DNA of 64,000 nt, from the NCBI RefSeq assembly GCF_035084215.1, contig NC_090344.1, forward strand, positions 50,654,001 to 50,718,000. The letters run 5' to 3'. Both the position numbers and the translations under genes were made by a program. The notes beneath the pieces were generated by a model, which was not told the DNA's origin, did no database searches, and was given only the letters and a program-made list of their open reading frames with translations. Origin of the DNA: Heptranchias perlo. Taxonomy: Eukaryota. Positions 62,435-64,000 of the stretch are shown here, one piece after another. Numbering within the stretch: position 1 is the stretch's first letter; every line of letters begins with the position of its first letter.

Positions 62435-63142
62435 GTTTGTTTGCGCGTTAATCACTGCATCATTTCAAACGGTGCTCTGAGCAGGTTGGTGCGCATCTCC
62501 CATCTTCCTCACCTTGACTAATTCTTGCTCGCTAAGCTTCATTGGCCCAGCAGTGGCTCTGCAATCTTCCAGTAGCAGAAGTGAGCATTGGTTTGTGGGA
62601 AGGTGTTTATCCAGATGCGAGTGCGGGGGGGGGGAAAAAAATAAATGGGAAATAAAAGAATTGTAAGTTTTTTTTAAAAACTCTGCTTCCTATACTTGCA
62701 ATCACTGCTTTTGTTGAAGCTTAAGAAAAAGAGAAGTGCAATTAAAACGTAAGGTTAAAGCTGACTGATTACTGTCGTCTCTTTGGATTTGGTCGGGGTT
62801 GTTACGATGCTCCAGTGTTCCACTGGGATGTGTCCTGGATTGAATCTGTTGTCACCTGTCTGAGGGGAGAATGGCGTTTTTTGGTGTTTTCCCCTGAGAT
62901 AGGGCCGCACTCTGGTGCATTGACAGAGTGGAGATAATTCTTTCCCCTTGCCCTGGCTGGGAAATGATTTGTTTTGTGTTCATGTCAGCTGCAGAGGCGG
63001 TGGGGAATATTACGATTAGCTTCAGCAAACCCCGTAGTCTGGAGAGGGGGGGGGGAAATATCAGCCACGGTTTCTGATCACTGTCCTGGTGAAAAGTCTG
63101 CGCACGGCATCAGGTGAGTAGAGAATTGGGGTCCACTGTGTT

Positions 63143-63476
63143 AGAACATGAGAAATAGGAGCAGGAGTAGGCCATACGGCCCCTCGAGCCTGCTCCGCCA
63201 TTCAATAAGATCATGGCTGATCTTTGACCTCAACTCCACTTTCCTGCTCGATCCCCTTATCCCTTGATTCCCCTAGAGTCCAAAAATCTATCGATCTCAG
63301 CCTTGAATATATTCAACGACTGAGCATCCACAGCCCTCTGGGGTAGAGAATTCCAAATATTCACAACCCTGAGTGAAGAAATTCCTCCTCATCTCTGTGC
63401 TAAATGGCTGACCCCTTATCTTGAGACTATGTCCCCTAGTTCTAGACTCTCCAGCCAGGGGGAACAGCCTCTCAGT
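63143..63476 (-). mobile_element. CR1 3' fragment
   Basis: ESRTRGHSLKIRGQPFSTEMRRNFFTQ. Confidence 0.88.
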
Positions 63477-63639
63477 GTTGTGCCTCATCGTTGAACAGCC
63501 TGACATAGCTCACACACGAAGAATGGCCGCACAGGTGGAGGAATACTGGTGCCAGTCGATCTATGCCGGACGGGAGTCGTCAGCCCAGGGTCCAAGTTCA
63601 GAAATCACCGCTAAAAGCTAATGGACAGGTACAAAAAAA

Positions 63640-64000
63640 TCACACAAAAAGCTAATGGAATGTTGGCCCTTATCTCGAGAGGGCTGGAATACAAATGGGT
63701 GGAGGTTACGCTACAGTTATATAAAGCTCTGGTCAGACCCCATCTGGAGATACTGCGTTCAGTTCTGGGCACCGCACCTCAGGAAGGATATATTGGCCCT
63801 TGGAGGGGATGCAGTGCCGATTCACCAGAATGAAACCGGAGCTAAAAGGGTTAACTTACGAGGCCAGGTTGCATGGACGAGGCTTGTATTCCCTCGAATA
63901 TAGAAGATTAAGGGGTGATCTTATCGAGGTGTTTAAGATGATTAAAGGATTTGATTGGATAGATAGAGCGAAACTATTTCCCCTGGAGTCCAGAACAAGG
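63640..64000 (+). mobile_element. CR1 fragment running off the window
   Basis: KANGMLALISRGLEYK...LYKALVRPHLE...RGDLIEVFK. Confidence 0.88.

Overview
Vertebrate genomic DNA, most likely a shark (inferred from Deu-domain SINEs and the CR1/L2/Penelope repeat content). Two spliced genes lie head-to-head about 2.7 kb apart, each with its own CpG-rich promoter. On the minus strand is a complete LIM-domain-binding (LDB) gene: 10 coding exons, 373 aa from ATG 20342 to TAA 4062, plus a probable non-coding exon 1 ending at 24125. It mixes LDB1-type and LDB2-type residues and sits in a neighbourhood that matches neither human gene, so it may be a third LDB paralogue. On the plus strand is a complete YKT6 (7 coding exons, 198 aa, CCEIM end). 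The right 24 kb is mostly retroelements, including a three-level SINE>CR1>CR1 nest, and holds two candidate exons of an unidentified plus-strand gene. Several short Penelope-like inserts have target-site duplications and minimal hammerhead ribozyme motifs; one forms a 77-bp hairpin in the probable YKT6 3' UTR. A 36-bp intronic minisatellite could be spliced in frame onto LDB. Exon boundaries were checked by hand for GT/AG and phase; repeat boundaries are approximate and family names come from recalled motifs, not database searches.
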